Assembly (NCBI GenBank): GCA_963716255.1
Contig: OY970303.1
Location: 6,656,001 to 6,720,000 of the forward strand
Direction: 5' to 3'
Length of the DNA stretch: 64,000 nt
From: an uncultured Gemmatimonadales bacterium
Lineage (GTDB): Bacteria > Gemmatimonadota > Gemmatimonadetes > Longimicrobiales > Longimicrobiaceae
The notes under the pieces were generated by a model that saw only the letters and a list, made by a program, of their open reading frames with translations, ran no database searches and was not told where the DNA came from. Both the position numbers and the translations under genes were made by a program. Positions 50,101-64,000 of this stretch are shown one piece after another (position 1 is the first letter of the stretch; each line of letters begins with the position of its first letter).

Positions 50101-53100
50101 CAGATCGGGGAGCCGGGGCTCCTCGCCGCGCGAGAGCGCCGCGTAGAGCGCGGACACCTCCGCCACCAGCACGTCCATGCTCCAGGCGTCGCTGACGGCG
50201 TGGTGCAGGGTGAAGACGACGGCGTGGTCCTCGGCGTCCAGCCGCAGCAGCAGGGCGCGCAGGAGCGGCCCGCGCGCCAGGTCGAACGGGCGCGCGGCCT
50301 CGGCCGCCGCCAGGAGGGCGGCCGGCGCCTCGCGCGCGGCGGCGGGGAGCCCGTCGAGCGCCACCACCGGGAGCGGCACGGGCGCGGGCGGGTCGATGCG
50401 CTGCACGGGGCCGCCGTCCACGACCGGGAAGCGCGTGCGGAGCGATTCGTGGCGGCGCACCAGCGCGCCGAGCGACGCGCGCATCGCCGCGGCGTCGAGC
50501 CGGCCGCGCAGGCGCAGCGCGGTGGGGACGTTGTACGCCGCGCTCCCCGGCTGCAGCTGGTCGATGAACCAGAGCCGCTGCTGCGCGAAGGAGAGCGGGA
50601 TCCCGCCGTCCCGGGGAACGGGGACGAGCGGCGGGGCCGCGGCGGCGACGCCCTCGTCCAGCAGGGCCCGGACGCGCGCCGCCATCCCGGCGACGGTGGG
50701 CGCCTCGAACACGGCGCGCAGCGGCAGCTCCACCCCGAGCGCCTCGCGCACGCGGGACACCAGGCGCGTAGCCAGGAGCGAGTGGCCGCCCAGCTCGAAG
50801 AACCCGTCGTCCACGCCCACGCGCTCCACGCGCAGCACCTCCGCCCACGCTTCCGCGAGCACGCGCTCGGTCCCGTCCCGGGGCGGCGCGTGCTCGCGCC
50901 CGGTCCCGCCCTCCGGGGCCGGGAGGGCGCGCCGGTCCAGCTTGCCGTGCGGGGTCAGCGGAAGCGATTCCAGCGCCACGAACGCGGAGGGGACCATGTA
51001 CTCCGGCAGGCTCGCCGCCAGGTGCGCGCGCAGTGCGGCCACGGCCGGCGCCTCGCCGCCGGCCGTGAAGTAGGCCACCAGCCGCCGGTCGCCGGGCGCG
51101 TCCTCGCGCACCAGCACGGCGGCCTCGCGCACGGCGGGGTGCCGCTCCAGCGCCGCCTCGACCTCGCCGGGCTCGATGCGGAAGCCGCGCAGCTTGACCT
51201 GCAGGTCGATGCGGCCCAGGAACTCCAGGACCCCGTCCGCCAGCCAGCGCACCCGGTCGCCCGTGCGGTACAGGCGCGCTCCCGCATCTCCCGAGAACGG
51301 GTCGGGGACGAAGCGCTCCGCCGTGAGCGCGGGCCGCCCCAGGTAGCCGCGGGCCACCCCCTCGCCGCCGATGAACAGCTCGCCGGGGACGCCCGGGGGC
51401 GCCGGCTCGCCGGACGGGTCGAGCGCGTAGAGCCGCGCGTTGCCCGTCGGCCGGCCGACCGGGAGGCTGGGCCAGCGCGAGCCGTCGTCGCCCGCCTCCA
51501 GCGGCAGCGTGGCGGAGGTGCAGGCGGTCTCCGTCAGCCCGAAGACGTGCACCAGCGGAAGGCGCAGCTCCGCCCACTCGCGCAGCCGCTCCGGCGACAC
51601 CCGCTCCCCGCCCACCAGGACGAGGCGCACCGGCTCCGGCACGCCCCGGCCCCGCGCGGCCAGCTCGCGCACCCACTCGTGCCAGTAGGCCGTCGGCAGC
51701 TCCAGCACGGTGACGCGCTCCGCGGCCAGCACCCGCAGCAGCGTCCCCGGATCGAACAGCGCCTCGCGCGAGAACACCACGGCGGCCCCGGCGAGCCAGG
51801 CGGGGAACAGCTCCTCCACCACCACGTCGAAGCCGAGCGAGGCGAACTGGAGGACGCGGTCGTCCGGGCCGAGCCCCAGCCGCTCCGCCATGTCCGCCGC
51901 GTAGTTGACCACCGCCCGGTGCGGGACGGCCACGCCCTTGGGCGTGCCCGTGGAGCCCGAGGTGTAGACGACGTACGCCAGGCCCTCCGGGGCGGCGCCG
52001 CCCGCCGGCGCGCGGGCGGGCTCGGCCGCGGCCTCCCGGGCGAGGGCGTCGAGCGTGACCGCGGGCACGCCGGCACCGGCGAACCGCCCGGCGAGGCCGT
52101 CCTCCGTCAGCAGCAGGGCGGCGCCGGAGTCCCGGAGCACGTAGGCGATGCGCTCCGCCGGGTAGGCGGGGTCCAGCGGCACGAAGGCGCCGCCCGCACC
52201 GAGCACGGCCAGGATCGCCGTCGCCACCCCGGGCCCCTTTTCCAGGGCGATCCCCACGCGCGTCTCCGGCCCCACGCCGCGGCGGCGGAGCGCGTTCGCG
52301 ATGCGGCTCGCCCCGGCGTCCAGCTCCGCGTACGACGTCGCGCGTCCCTCGAACACCACGGCGTGCGCGCCGGGCGTGCGCCGCGCCCGCTCCGCGATCA
52401 GCTCGTGGAGGCAGCGCCCGCGGGGGAACTCGCGCGCCGTGTCGTTCCACGTCTCCAGCACCCTCGTCCGCTCCCCGTCCGACAGCAGCGGCAGGGTGGA
52501 CAGGGGGCGCCCGGGGTCCGCCAGCGCCCCGTCGAGGAGCCGCGCGAAGTGCTCCAGCATGCGCTCCGCGGTGGCCGCCTCGAACAGGTCGGCGCGGAAG
52601 CGGAGCGTGCCCGCGAACCGGTCCGGCGTCTCCTGGAGCGAAAGGTCCAGGTCGAACTGCGCGGCGCCGCTCCCCGTGGGGAACGGCTCCAGGCGCAGGC
52701 CGCCCAGCTCCAGCGCGGGCTGCCGCTCCACGTTCTCCAGGGCGAACATCACCTGGAAGAGGGGAGTGTGCAGCAGCGTCCGCTCGGGCTGCATCTCCTC
52801 CACCAGCCGCTCGAAGGGGACGTCCTGGTGCGCGAAGGCGCCCAGCGCCATTTCCCGCACGCGGCCCAGCAGCCCGCGGAAGTCCGGCGCGTCCGACACG
52901 TCGGTCCGCAGGACGAGCGTGTTGACGAAGAAGCCGATCAGCCCCTCCGTTTCCGCCCGCGTGCGCCCGGCGATGGGCGAGCCCACCACCACGTCGTCCT
53001 GCCCCGACCAGCGGGCCAGCAGGAGCTGCCAGGCCGCCAGCAGCGCCATGAACGGCGTCGCGCCCTGCTCCCGGGCGAGGGCCCGCAGCCGCGCCGCGGT

Positions 53101-56100
53101 CTCCGCCGCGAGCGCGAAGGGCAGCCGCCCCGCGGGCGCCCCCGTGGCCGGGCGGCGCGGACCGTCCAGCGGCAGCTCCAGCGTGGGCGGGGCTCCGGCG
53201 AGCCGGCCGCGCCACCAGCGGAGCTGCGCGTCCAGGACCTCGCCCGCGAGCCGTTCCCGCTGCCACGCCGCGAAGTCGGCGTACTGGATGGGCAGGCCGG
53301 GGAGCCGCGGCTCCTCCCCGCGGTCGAGGGCGCCGTACAGGGCGGACACCTCGCGCACCAGCACGTCCATGCTCCACGCGTCCGAAACGACGTGGTGCAG
53401 GGTGAAGAGCGCCGCGTGGTCGCCGCCGGCGAGGCGCAGCAGCGTGGCTCGGAGCAGCGGTCCGCGCGCCAGGTCGAAGGGGCGCAGCGCCTCGGCCTCC
53501 GCCAGGCGCGCCGCCTCCGCCTGGCGGCGCTCCGCGGCGAGGCCCGCCAGGTCCACGACCGGGAGGGGGACCGGCGCGGCGGGACGGACCACCTGCACGG
53601 GCTCCCCGGCCCGCACGCCGAACGTGGTGCGCAGCGCCTCGTGCCGCCGGACCAGGGCGGCGAGGCTTCGCCCGAGCACCGCCGTGTCCAGGCCGCCGCG
53701 GAGCCGCAGGGCGGTGGGGATGTTGTAGGCGGCGCTCCCGGGGTCGAGCTGGTCGATGAACCAGAGCCGCTGCTGCGCGAACGACGCCGGCAGCGCGCCG
53801 CCCGGCTCGCGCGGCACCCGGGGGATGGGCGCGGCGTCGGCCCGGCCGTCCGCGGCGAGCAGGTCCCGGACGCGCTCCGCCAGGCCGGCGACGGTGGGCG
53901 CCTCGAAGAGCGCGCGCAGCGGCAGCTCCACCCCGAGCGCCCGGCGCACGCGGGACACCAGGCGCGTGGCGAGCAGGGAGTGGCCGCCCAGCTCGAAGAA
54001 GTCGTCCGCCACGCCCACGCGGCCGGCGCGGAGCACTTCCGCCCACGCGTCGGCGAGCACCCGCTCGGTCTCGTCCCGCGGCGCGACGTACTCGCGGCCG
54101 GCCGCGCCCTCCGGGGCGGGGAGGGCGCGGCGGTCCAGCTTTCCGCTGGCGGTGAGCGGAAAGCTTTCCAGGGCCACCCAGGCGGTGGGCACCATGTGGC
54201 CCGGCAGGGCATCCCCCAGGTGCGCGCGCAGCTCGGCCGCGGGCGGCGCACCTCCCTCCGCCGTGATGTAGGCGACCAGGCGCTTCTCGCCGGGCGCGTC
54301 CTCGCGCACCAGCACCACGGCCTCGCGCACGGCCGGGTGCCGCCGCAGCGCCGCCTCCACCTCGCCGGGCTCGATGCGGAAGCCGCGCAGCTTGACCTGC
54401 AGGTCGATGCGGCCCAGGAACTCCAGGACCCCGTCCGCCAGCCAGCGCACCCGGTCGCCCGTGCGGTACAGGCGCGCTCCCGCATCTCCCGAAAAGGGGT
54501 CGGGGACGAAGCGCTCCGCCGTGAGCGCGGGCCGCCCCAGGTAGCCGCGCGCCACCCCCTCGCCGCCCACGAACAGCTCGCCGGGGACGCCCACGGGCGC
54601 CGGCTCTCCGGACGGGTCGAGCGCGTACAGCCGCGCGTTGCCCGTCGGCCGGCCGATGGGGAGGCTGGGCCAGCGCGAGCCGTCGTCGCCCGCCTCCAGC
54701 GCCAGCGCGGCGGAGGTGCAGGCGGCCTCCGTCAGCCCGAAGACGTGCACCAGCGGCAGGCGCAGCTCCGCCCACTCGCGCAGCCGCTCGGGCGACACCC
54801 GCTCCCCGCCCACGCGCACGAAGCGGACGCACTCCGGCGGGCGCCGCCCCGTTTCCGCGAGCTCGCGCACCCACTCGTGCCAGAAGGCCGTCGGCAGCTC
54901 GAAGCTGGTGACCCGCTCGCGGGCCGCCACCTCCAGCAGCACCCCGGGCGCGAACAGCTCCTCGCGCGACAGCACGACGGCCGCGCCGGCGGCCCAGGCG
55001 GAAAAGATCTCCTCCACCGACACGTCGAAGCCGAGCGAGGCGAACTGGAGGACGCGGTCGTCGGCGCGCAGCCCCAGGCGCTCGGCCATGTCGAGGGCGA
55101 GGTTGACCACGGCGCGGTGCGGGACGGCGACGCCCTTGGGGGTGCCGGTGGAGCCCGAGGTGTAGATGACGTACGCCAGGTTCTCCGGGGCGACGTCGCT
55201 TTCCGGCGCGCCGGCGGGCTCGTCCGCGGCCTCCCGGACGAGGCGGTCCACGGCGAGCACGGGCACGCCGGCATCGGCGAACCGCCCGGCGAGCCCTGTC
55301 TGGGTGAGCAGCAGGGCGGCGCCGGAGTCGCGGAGCACGTAGGCGATGCGCCCGGCCGGGTACGCGGGGTCCAGCGGCACGTACGCTCCCCCCGCCGCGA
55401 GCACGGCCTGGACCGCCAGCGCCATCTCCACGCTCTTCTCGACGGCGATCCCCACCCGCGTCTCGGGGCCGACGCCGCGGCGGCGGAGCGCGCGCGCCAG
55501 GCGGTTCGCGCCGGCATCCAGCTCCGCGTACGACACCTCCCGCCCCTCGAACACCACGGCGGGCGCGTCCGGGGTGCGCCGCGCCCGGCCGGAGGCCAGC
55601 TCGTGCAGGCGGAGCGTGCGCGGGTAGTCGCGCGCGGTTGCGTTCCACGTCTCCAGCACCCGCGCGCGCTCCTCGTCCGCGAGCAGCGGCACGGCGGCGA
55701 GCGGGCGGTCGGGGTCGGCGAGGACGCCGGCCAGGAGCAGGCGGAAGTGCCCGGCCATGCGCTCCACGGTGGCGGCGTCGAACAGGTCGGCGCGGTAGCG
55801 CAGCGTGCCGCCGAGCCCGCCGGGGCCCTCGTGCAGCGAGAAGTCCAGGTCGAACCCGGCGGCGCCCTCGCCCGGGGACATGGGCTCCATGGCCAGCCCG
55901 CCCAGACGGAGCGCGGAGCGCTCCGTGTTCTGCAGGGCGAACATCACCTGGAAGAAGGGCGCATGCGCCAGGCTGCGCTCCGGCCGCAGCTCCTCCACCA
56001 GCCGCTCGAAGGGCACGTCCTGGTGCTGGAAAGCGCCGAGCGTCGTTTCGCGGACGCGCGCCAGCAGCCCGCGGAAGCCGGGCCGCTCCGCGCCCGCCAG

Positions 56101-57123
56101 CTCCACGCGCAGCGCGAGCGTGTTGACGAAGAAGCCGATCAGCCCCTCCAGCTCCGTGCGCGGCCGCCCCGCCACCGGCGAGCCCACCACCACGTCGTCC
56201 TGCCCCGAATGCCGCGACAGGAGGAGCGCCCAGGCGGCCAGCAGAGCCATGAACGGCGTCGCGCCCTCCGCCAGCGCAAGGGCGCGCAGCCCGTCCGACG
56301 TTTCCGGCGGGAGCGCCAGGTGGACGGTCCGCGCGGGGGCCTCGCCGGCCGGGCGGCGCGGGCGGTCGGCCGGCAGCTCCAGCACGGGCGGGGCGCCGGC
56401 CAGCCGCTCGCGCCACCACTCCACCTGCTCCTCCAGCGCGCCGCCGGACAGCCGCTCGCGCTGCCAGAGCGCGAAGTCCGCGTACTGAACGGGCAGCTCC
56501 GGGAGCGGCGACGGCGCGCCCGCGAGGAACGCCTGGTACAGGGCGGACAGCTCGCGGGTCAGCACGCCCATGCTCCACCCGTCCGAGACGACGTGGTGGA
56601 GGGTGAAGAGCGCCGCGTGGTCGTCGCCGCCCAGGCGCAGCAGCGTCGCCCGCAGCAGCGGCCCGCGCGCCAGGTCGAAGGGGCGCAGCGCCTCGGCCTC
56701 GGCAAGGCGCGCGGCTTCGGCCGCGGCGCGCCCGGCGCCGAGCCCCGCCAGCTCCACCACGGGAAAGGGGACCGGCGCGGCGGGGCAAACCACCTGCACC
56801 GGGTCGCCGTCGCCGGCCGCGAGCACGGTGCGCAGGCTCTCGTGACGGCGGACGACCTCGGACAGCGCGCGGCGCAGCACCCGCGCGTCCAGCGCCCCGC
56901 GCAGCCGCAGGGGAAAGCGCATGTTGTACGCGGCGGCCCCGGGCTCCAGCTGGTCGATGAGCCACAGCCGCTGCTGCGCGAAGGAGAGCGGCAGCGGCCC
57001 GTCGCTCGTGCGCGGGGGGATGGCCTGCGGGGCCAGCTTGGCGGCCGTGCGCTCCCGCAGCGCCATCTGCAGGAGGCGCCGGCGCTCGGGCGAAAGGTGA
57101 GACAGGCGGTCCGCCGTATCCAT
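44170..57123 (-). CDS. NRPS, four C-A-T modules. Hand-read codes DVEERGVCTK, DVEELGVCTK, DVWHVSLVDK (Ser), DAMHVGGVTK
   Basis: True start is ATG 57123 (MDTADRLSHLSPERRRLL), just after the upstream gene stop at 57176; four C, A and T motif sets; acidic C-terminal docking tail. Confidence 0.95.
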   Translation of the reverse strand: MDTADRLSHLSPERRRLLQMALRERTAAKLAPQAIPPRTSDGPLPLSFAQQRLWLIDQLEPGAAAYNMRFPLRLRGALDARVLRRALSEVVRRHESLRTVLAAGDGDPVQVVCPAAPVPFPVVELAGLGAGRAAAEAARLAEAEALRPFDLARGPLLRATLLRLGGDDHAALFTLHHVVSDGWSMGVLTRELSALYQAFLAGAPSPLPELPVQYADFALWQRERLSGGALEEQVEWWRERLAGAPPVLELPADRPRRPAGEAPARTVHLALPPETSDGLRALALAEGATPFMALLAAWALLLSRHSGQDDVVVGSPVAGRPRTELEGLIGFFVNTLALRVELAGAERPGFRGLLARVRETTLGAFQHQDVPFERLVEELRPERSLAHAPFFQVMFALQNTERSALRLGGLAMEPMSPGEGAAGFDLDFSLHEGPGGLGGTLRYRADLFDAATVERMAGHFRLLLAGVLADPDRPLAAVPLLADEERARVLETWNATARDYPRTLRLHELASGRARRTPDAPAVVFEGREVSYAELDAGANRLARALRRRGVGPETRVGIAVEKSVEMALAVQAVLAAGGAYVPLDPAYPAGRIAYVLRDSGAALLLTQTGLAGRFADAGVPVLAVDRLVREAADEPAGAPESDVAPENLAYVIYTSGSTGTPKGVAVPHRAVVNLALDMAERLGLRADDRVLQFASLGFDVSVEEIFSAWAAGAAVVLSREELFAPGVLLEVAARERVTSFELPTAFWHEWVRELAETGRRPPECVRFVRVGGERVSPERLREWAELRLPLVHVFGLTEAACTSAALALEAGDDGSRWPSLPIGRPTGNARLYALDPSGEPAPVGVPGELFVGGEGVARGYLGRPALTAERFVPDPFSGDAGARLYRTGDRVRWLADGVLEFLGRIDLQVKLRGFRIEPGEVEAALRRHPAVREAVVLVREDAPGEKRLVAYITAEGGAPPAAELRAHLGDALPGHMVPTAWVALESFPLTASGKLDRRALPAPEGAAGREYVAPRDETERVLADAWAEVLRAGRVGVADDFFELGGHSLLATRLVSRVRRALGVELPLRALFEAPTVAGLAERVRDLLAADGRADAAPIPRVPREPGGALPASFAQQRLWFIDQLDPGSAAYNIPTALRLRGGLDTAVLGRSLAALVRRHEALRTTFGVRAGEPVQVVRPAAPVPLPVVDLAGLAAERRQAEAARLAEAEALRPFDLARGPLLRATLLRLAGGDHAALFTLHHVVSDAWSMDVLVREVSALYGALDRGEEPRLPGLPIQYADFAAWQRERLAGEVLDAQLRWWRGRLAGAPPTLELPLDGPRRPATGAPAGRLPFALAAETAARLRALAREQGATPFMALLAAWQLLLARWSGQDDVVVGSPIAGRTRAETEGLIGFFVNTLVLRTDVSDAPDFRGLLGRVREMALGAFAHQDVPFERLVEEMQPERTLLHTPLFQVMFALENVERQPALELGGLRLEPFPTGSGAAQFDLDLSLQETPDRFAGTLRFRADLFEAATAERMLEHFARLLDGALADPGRPLSTLPLLSDGERTRVLETWNDTAREFPRGRCLHELIAERARRTPGAHAVVFEGRATSYAELDAGASRIANALRRRGVGPETRVGIALEKGPGVATAILAVLGAGGAFVPLDPAYPAERIAYVLRDSGAALLLTEDGLAGRFAGAGVPAVTLDALAREAAAEPARAPAGGAAPEGLAYVVYTSGSTGTPKGVAVPHRAVVNYAADMAERLGLGPDDRVLQFASLGFDVVVEELFPAWLAGAAVVFSREALFDPGTLLRVLAAERVTVLELPTAYWHEWVRELAARGRGVPEPVRLVLVGGERVSPERLREWAELRLPLVHVFGLTETACTSATLPLEAGDDGSRWPSLPVGRPTGNARLYALDPSGEPAPPGVPGELFIGGEGVARGYLGRPALTAERFVPDPFSGDAGARLYRTGDRVRWLADGVLEFLGRIDLQVKLRGFRIEPGEVEAALERHPAVREAAVLVREDAPGDRRLVAYFTAGGEAPAVAALRAHLAASLPEYMVPSAFVALESLPLTPHGKLDRRALPAPEGGTGREHAPPRDGTERVLAEAWAEVLRVERVGVDDGFFELGGHSLLATRLVSRVREALGVELPLRAVFEAPTVAGMAARVRALLDEGVAAAAPPLVPVPRDGGIPLSFAQQRLWFIDQLQPGSAAYNVPTALRLRGRLDAAAMRASLGALVRRHESLRTRFPVVDGGPVQRIDPPAPVPLPVVALDGLPAAAREAPAALLAAAEAARPFDLARGPLLRALLLRLDAEDHAVVFTLHHAVSDAWSMDVLVAEVSALYAALSRGEEPRLPDLPIQYADYAAWQRGWLAGDALAAQLGYWRNQLGGAPPVLELPTDHPRRPVEGAPAASRQLVLPPELAHGVRQLARAGGATPFMALLAAWQLLLARWSRQDNVSVGTPVAGRGRTELEGLIGFFLNTLVLRTELSGDPSFRELLARVRETTLGAFAHQDVPFERLVEELQPERSLTHTPLFQVMFTLENVERQPALELGGLRVEPLPTGEGVAQFDLSLSVLEAREHTACVLRFRADLFEAATADRMLRHFQRLLEAAVRAPERPLSTLPLLTPEERRQVVHEWNATARGYPPACLHELVERQVERTPDAVALVFEGASLTFRELDDRAGRLARLLRRRGVGPETRVGVCMERGPELVASLLAVLKAGGAYVPLDPGYPAERLAYLLSDSAVPVLLTQEELRDRVPEFGGKVVVVDADADGPRHSPTLALPRTQSPDNLAYVIYTSGSTGRPKGAMNTHAAIVNRLLWMQEAYGLGADDAVLQKTPFGFDVSVWEFFWPLITGARLVLAKPEGHRDPAYLAGLVERERITTLHFVPPMLAAFLDAGGPARRGALRRVVCSGEALPLELQERFFARFPGVELHNLYGPTEAAVDVTAWACRPGRPVLIGAPVANTRILLLDRAMEPVPPGVPGELHIAGAQVGRGYLGRPELTAERFVPDPFPDGPGERMYRTGDLARWRADGQVEYLGRMDQQVKVRGFRIEPGEIEAALRTVPGVREAVVVAREDSPGDRRLAAYFTADGEAPDAAGLRAHLGRLLPEYMVPSAFVALEDLPLTPNGKLDRRALPAPEGASGREYAPPRSATERALADAWAETLRVERVGVHDGFFELGGHSLLATRVVSRVRDLFGVELPLRALFEAPTVAALAERVDRLRREGAGSGAPPIVPVPRDGPLPLSFAQQRLWLLDRLEPGTAAYNMPFRLRLRGALDADALEWAFTRTVRRHEALRTRFPVVDGEPVQRVEPARPQRLPVVELAGLPEARRGAELKRLVADEAVRPFDLAHGPLLRTALVRLGADDHALLLTMHHIVSDGWSMEVLVRELFELYAARTGGREPALPELPVQYADFAAWQREWLSGERLDAQLGFWRGQLHGAPTVLELPMERPRPAVRSGRGAVRALHLEPDVAESVRALARAEGATLFMALLAGLSALLARYSGQTDVVVGAPIAGRGRRETEGLIGFFLNTLALRTDLSGDPAFRELLRRVRETTLGAYAHQDVPFERVLEEIQPERSLSHAPVFQVMLNLQAFGGGDPGGVPGLALEPLEGGGEEAARYDLTLYAEEAPDGGIRLDLVYDAELFAAERMAELLAHLRALLEGAGRDPELRLSALPLLAPAERAARAGHARGIGGGRPLPEWEPGDAEGTITDRFRRVARLHPDRVAVRTRTRTLTYAELDRAAERAARALLRARPGPGERVALLFEHDAAMIVGMLGALRAGKTYVPIDPLYPRERSAYVLEDSGAAALLTNGANLELARELAGGRVPLVDVDADDGTADATDAASLPRVEPGAPAYILYTSGSTGRPKGVVQSHRGVLHHVRVYGRNLRIGPDDVLTLFSSYTFDAAVMAVYGALLHGATLCPFDWREEAAAGVAGWIRRQGITLYHSTPTVFRHLAGGLAADERFPGVRLVVLGGEETQGRDVEAFNRHFLPGATLVNGLGPTESTVTLQAFFEHGAAPPRGTVPVGRPVADTEVWLVNAAGEQPAVYGAGEIVIRGPHVAAGYWNRPEQTAAAFRDEGGGMRAYRTGDLGRRLPDGAVEFLGRADFQLKIRGHRVEPAEVEAALRAFPGVREAVAAPWEDDAGERRLAAYLVPEEGAEAGSAAALVEWLRARLPEYMVPSAFVALETLPLTPNGKIDRLALPRPEAPAPAEYVAPSGWTEEALAAVWAETLGLERVGATDSFFALGGHSLLATRLVSAVRAALGVELPLRAVFEHPTVAAMAALVESLSLEPGGDGDLSEEELRALEEMSEEEAMRLLRGE

Positions 57124-57175
57124 TCTCAGCTCGTTCCTCGCACGCTCGTTCAGTGGGACCCGGCGCCGTGCCGGG

Positions 57176-64000
<6,825 letters not shown>

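Overview
Very GC-rich bacterial DNA; the NRPS style suggests Gemmatimonadota/Longimicrobium or a myxobacterium (inference only). Two large NRPS assembly lines point toward each other. On the + strand is one NRPS (<1..16661; five C-A-T modules plus TE, open at the left edge). On the - strand are three NRPS genes (>64000..29163; ten visible modules, one N-methyltransferase, terminal TE). I see no epimerization domains. Between the two TE ends lies a ~12 kb accessory island bracketed by two direct, degenerate copies of the same queG 3' fragment (17372 and 28884). The island encodes four caspase-superfamily proteases. It contains: a TIR + caspase pair matching type IV Thoeris; an IS21 istB scar; a CHAT-TM-SEL1 protein with an apparent nonsense mutation; and a five-gene module of metacaspase, unknown 285-aa protein, ECF sigma factor, Cys-less membrane anti-sigma and N-anchored TPR-CHAT protease. 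That module is the best candidate for an undescribed system: a CRISPR-free, protease-gated sigma-factor circuit. Other notable points are 135-bp palindromic elements inserted in frame into A domains, several unusual A-domain pockets and an internal docking-peptide scar. All family calls come from motif recognition by eye; no database search was run.
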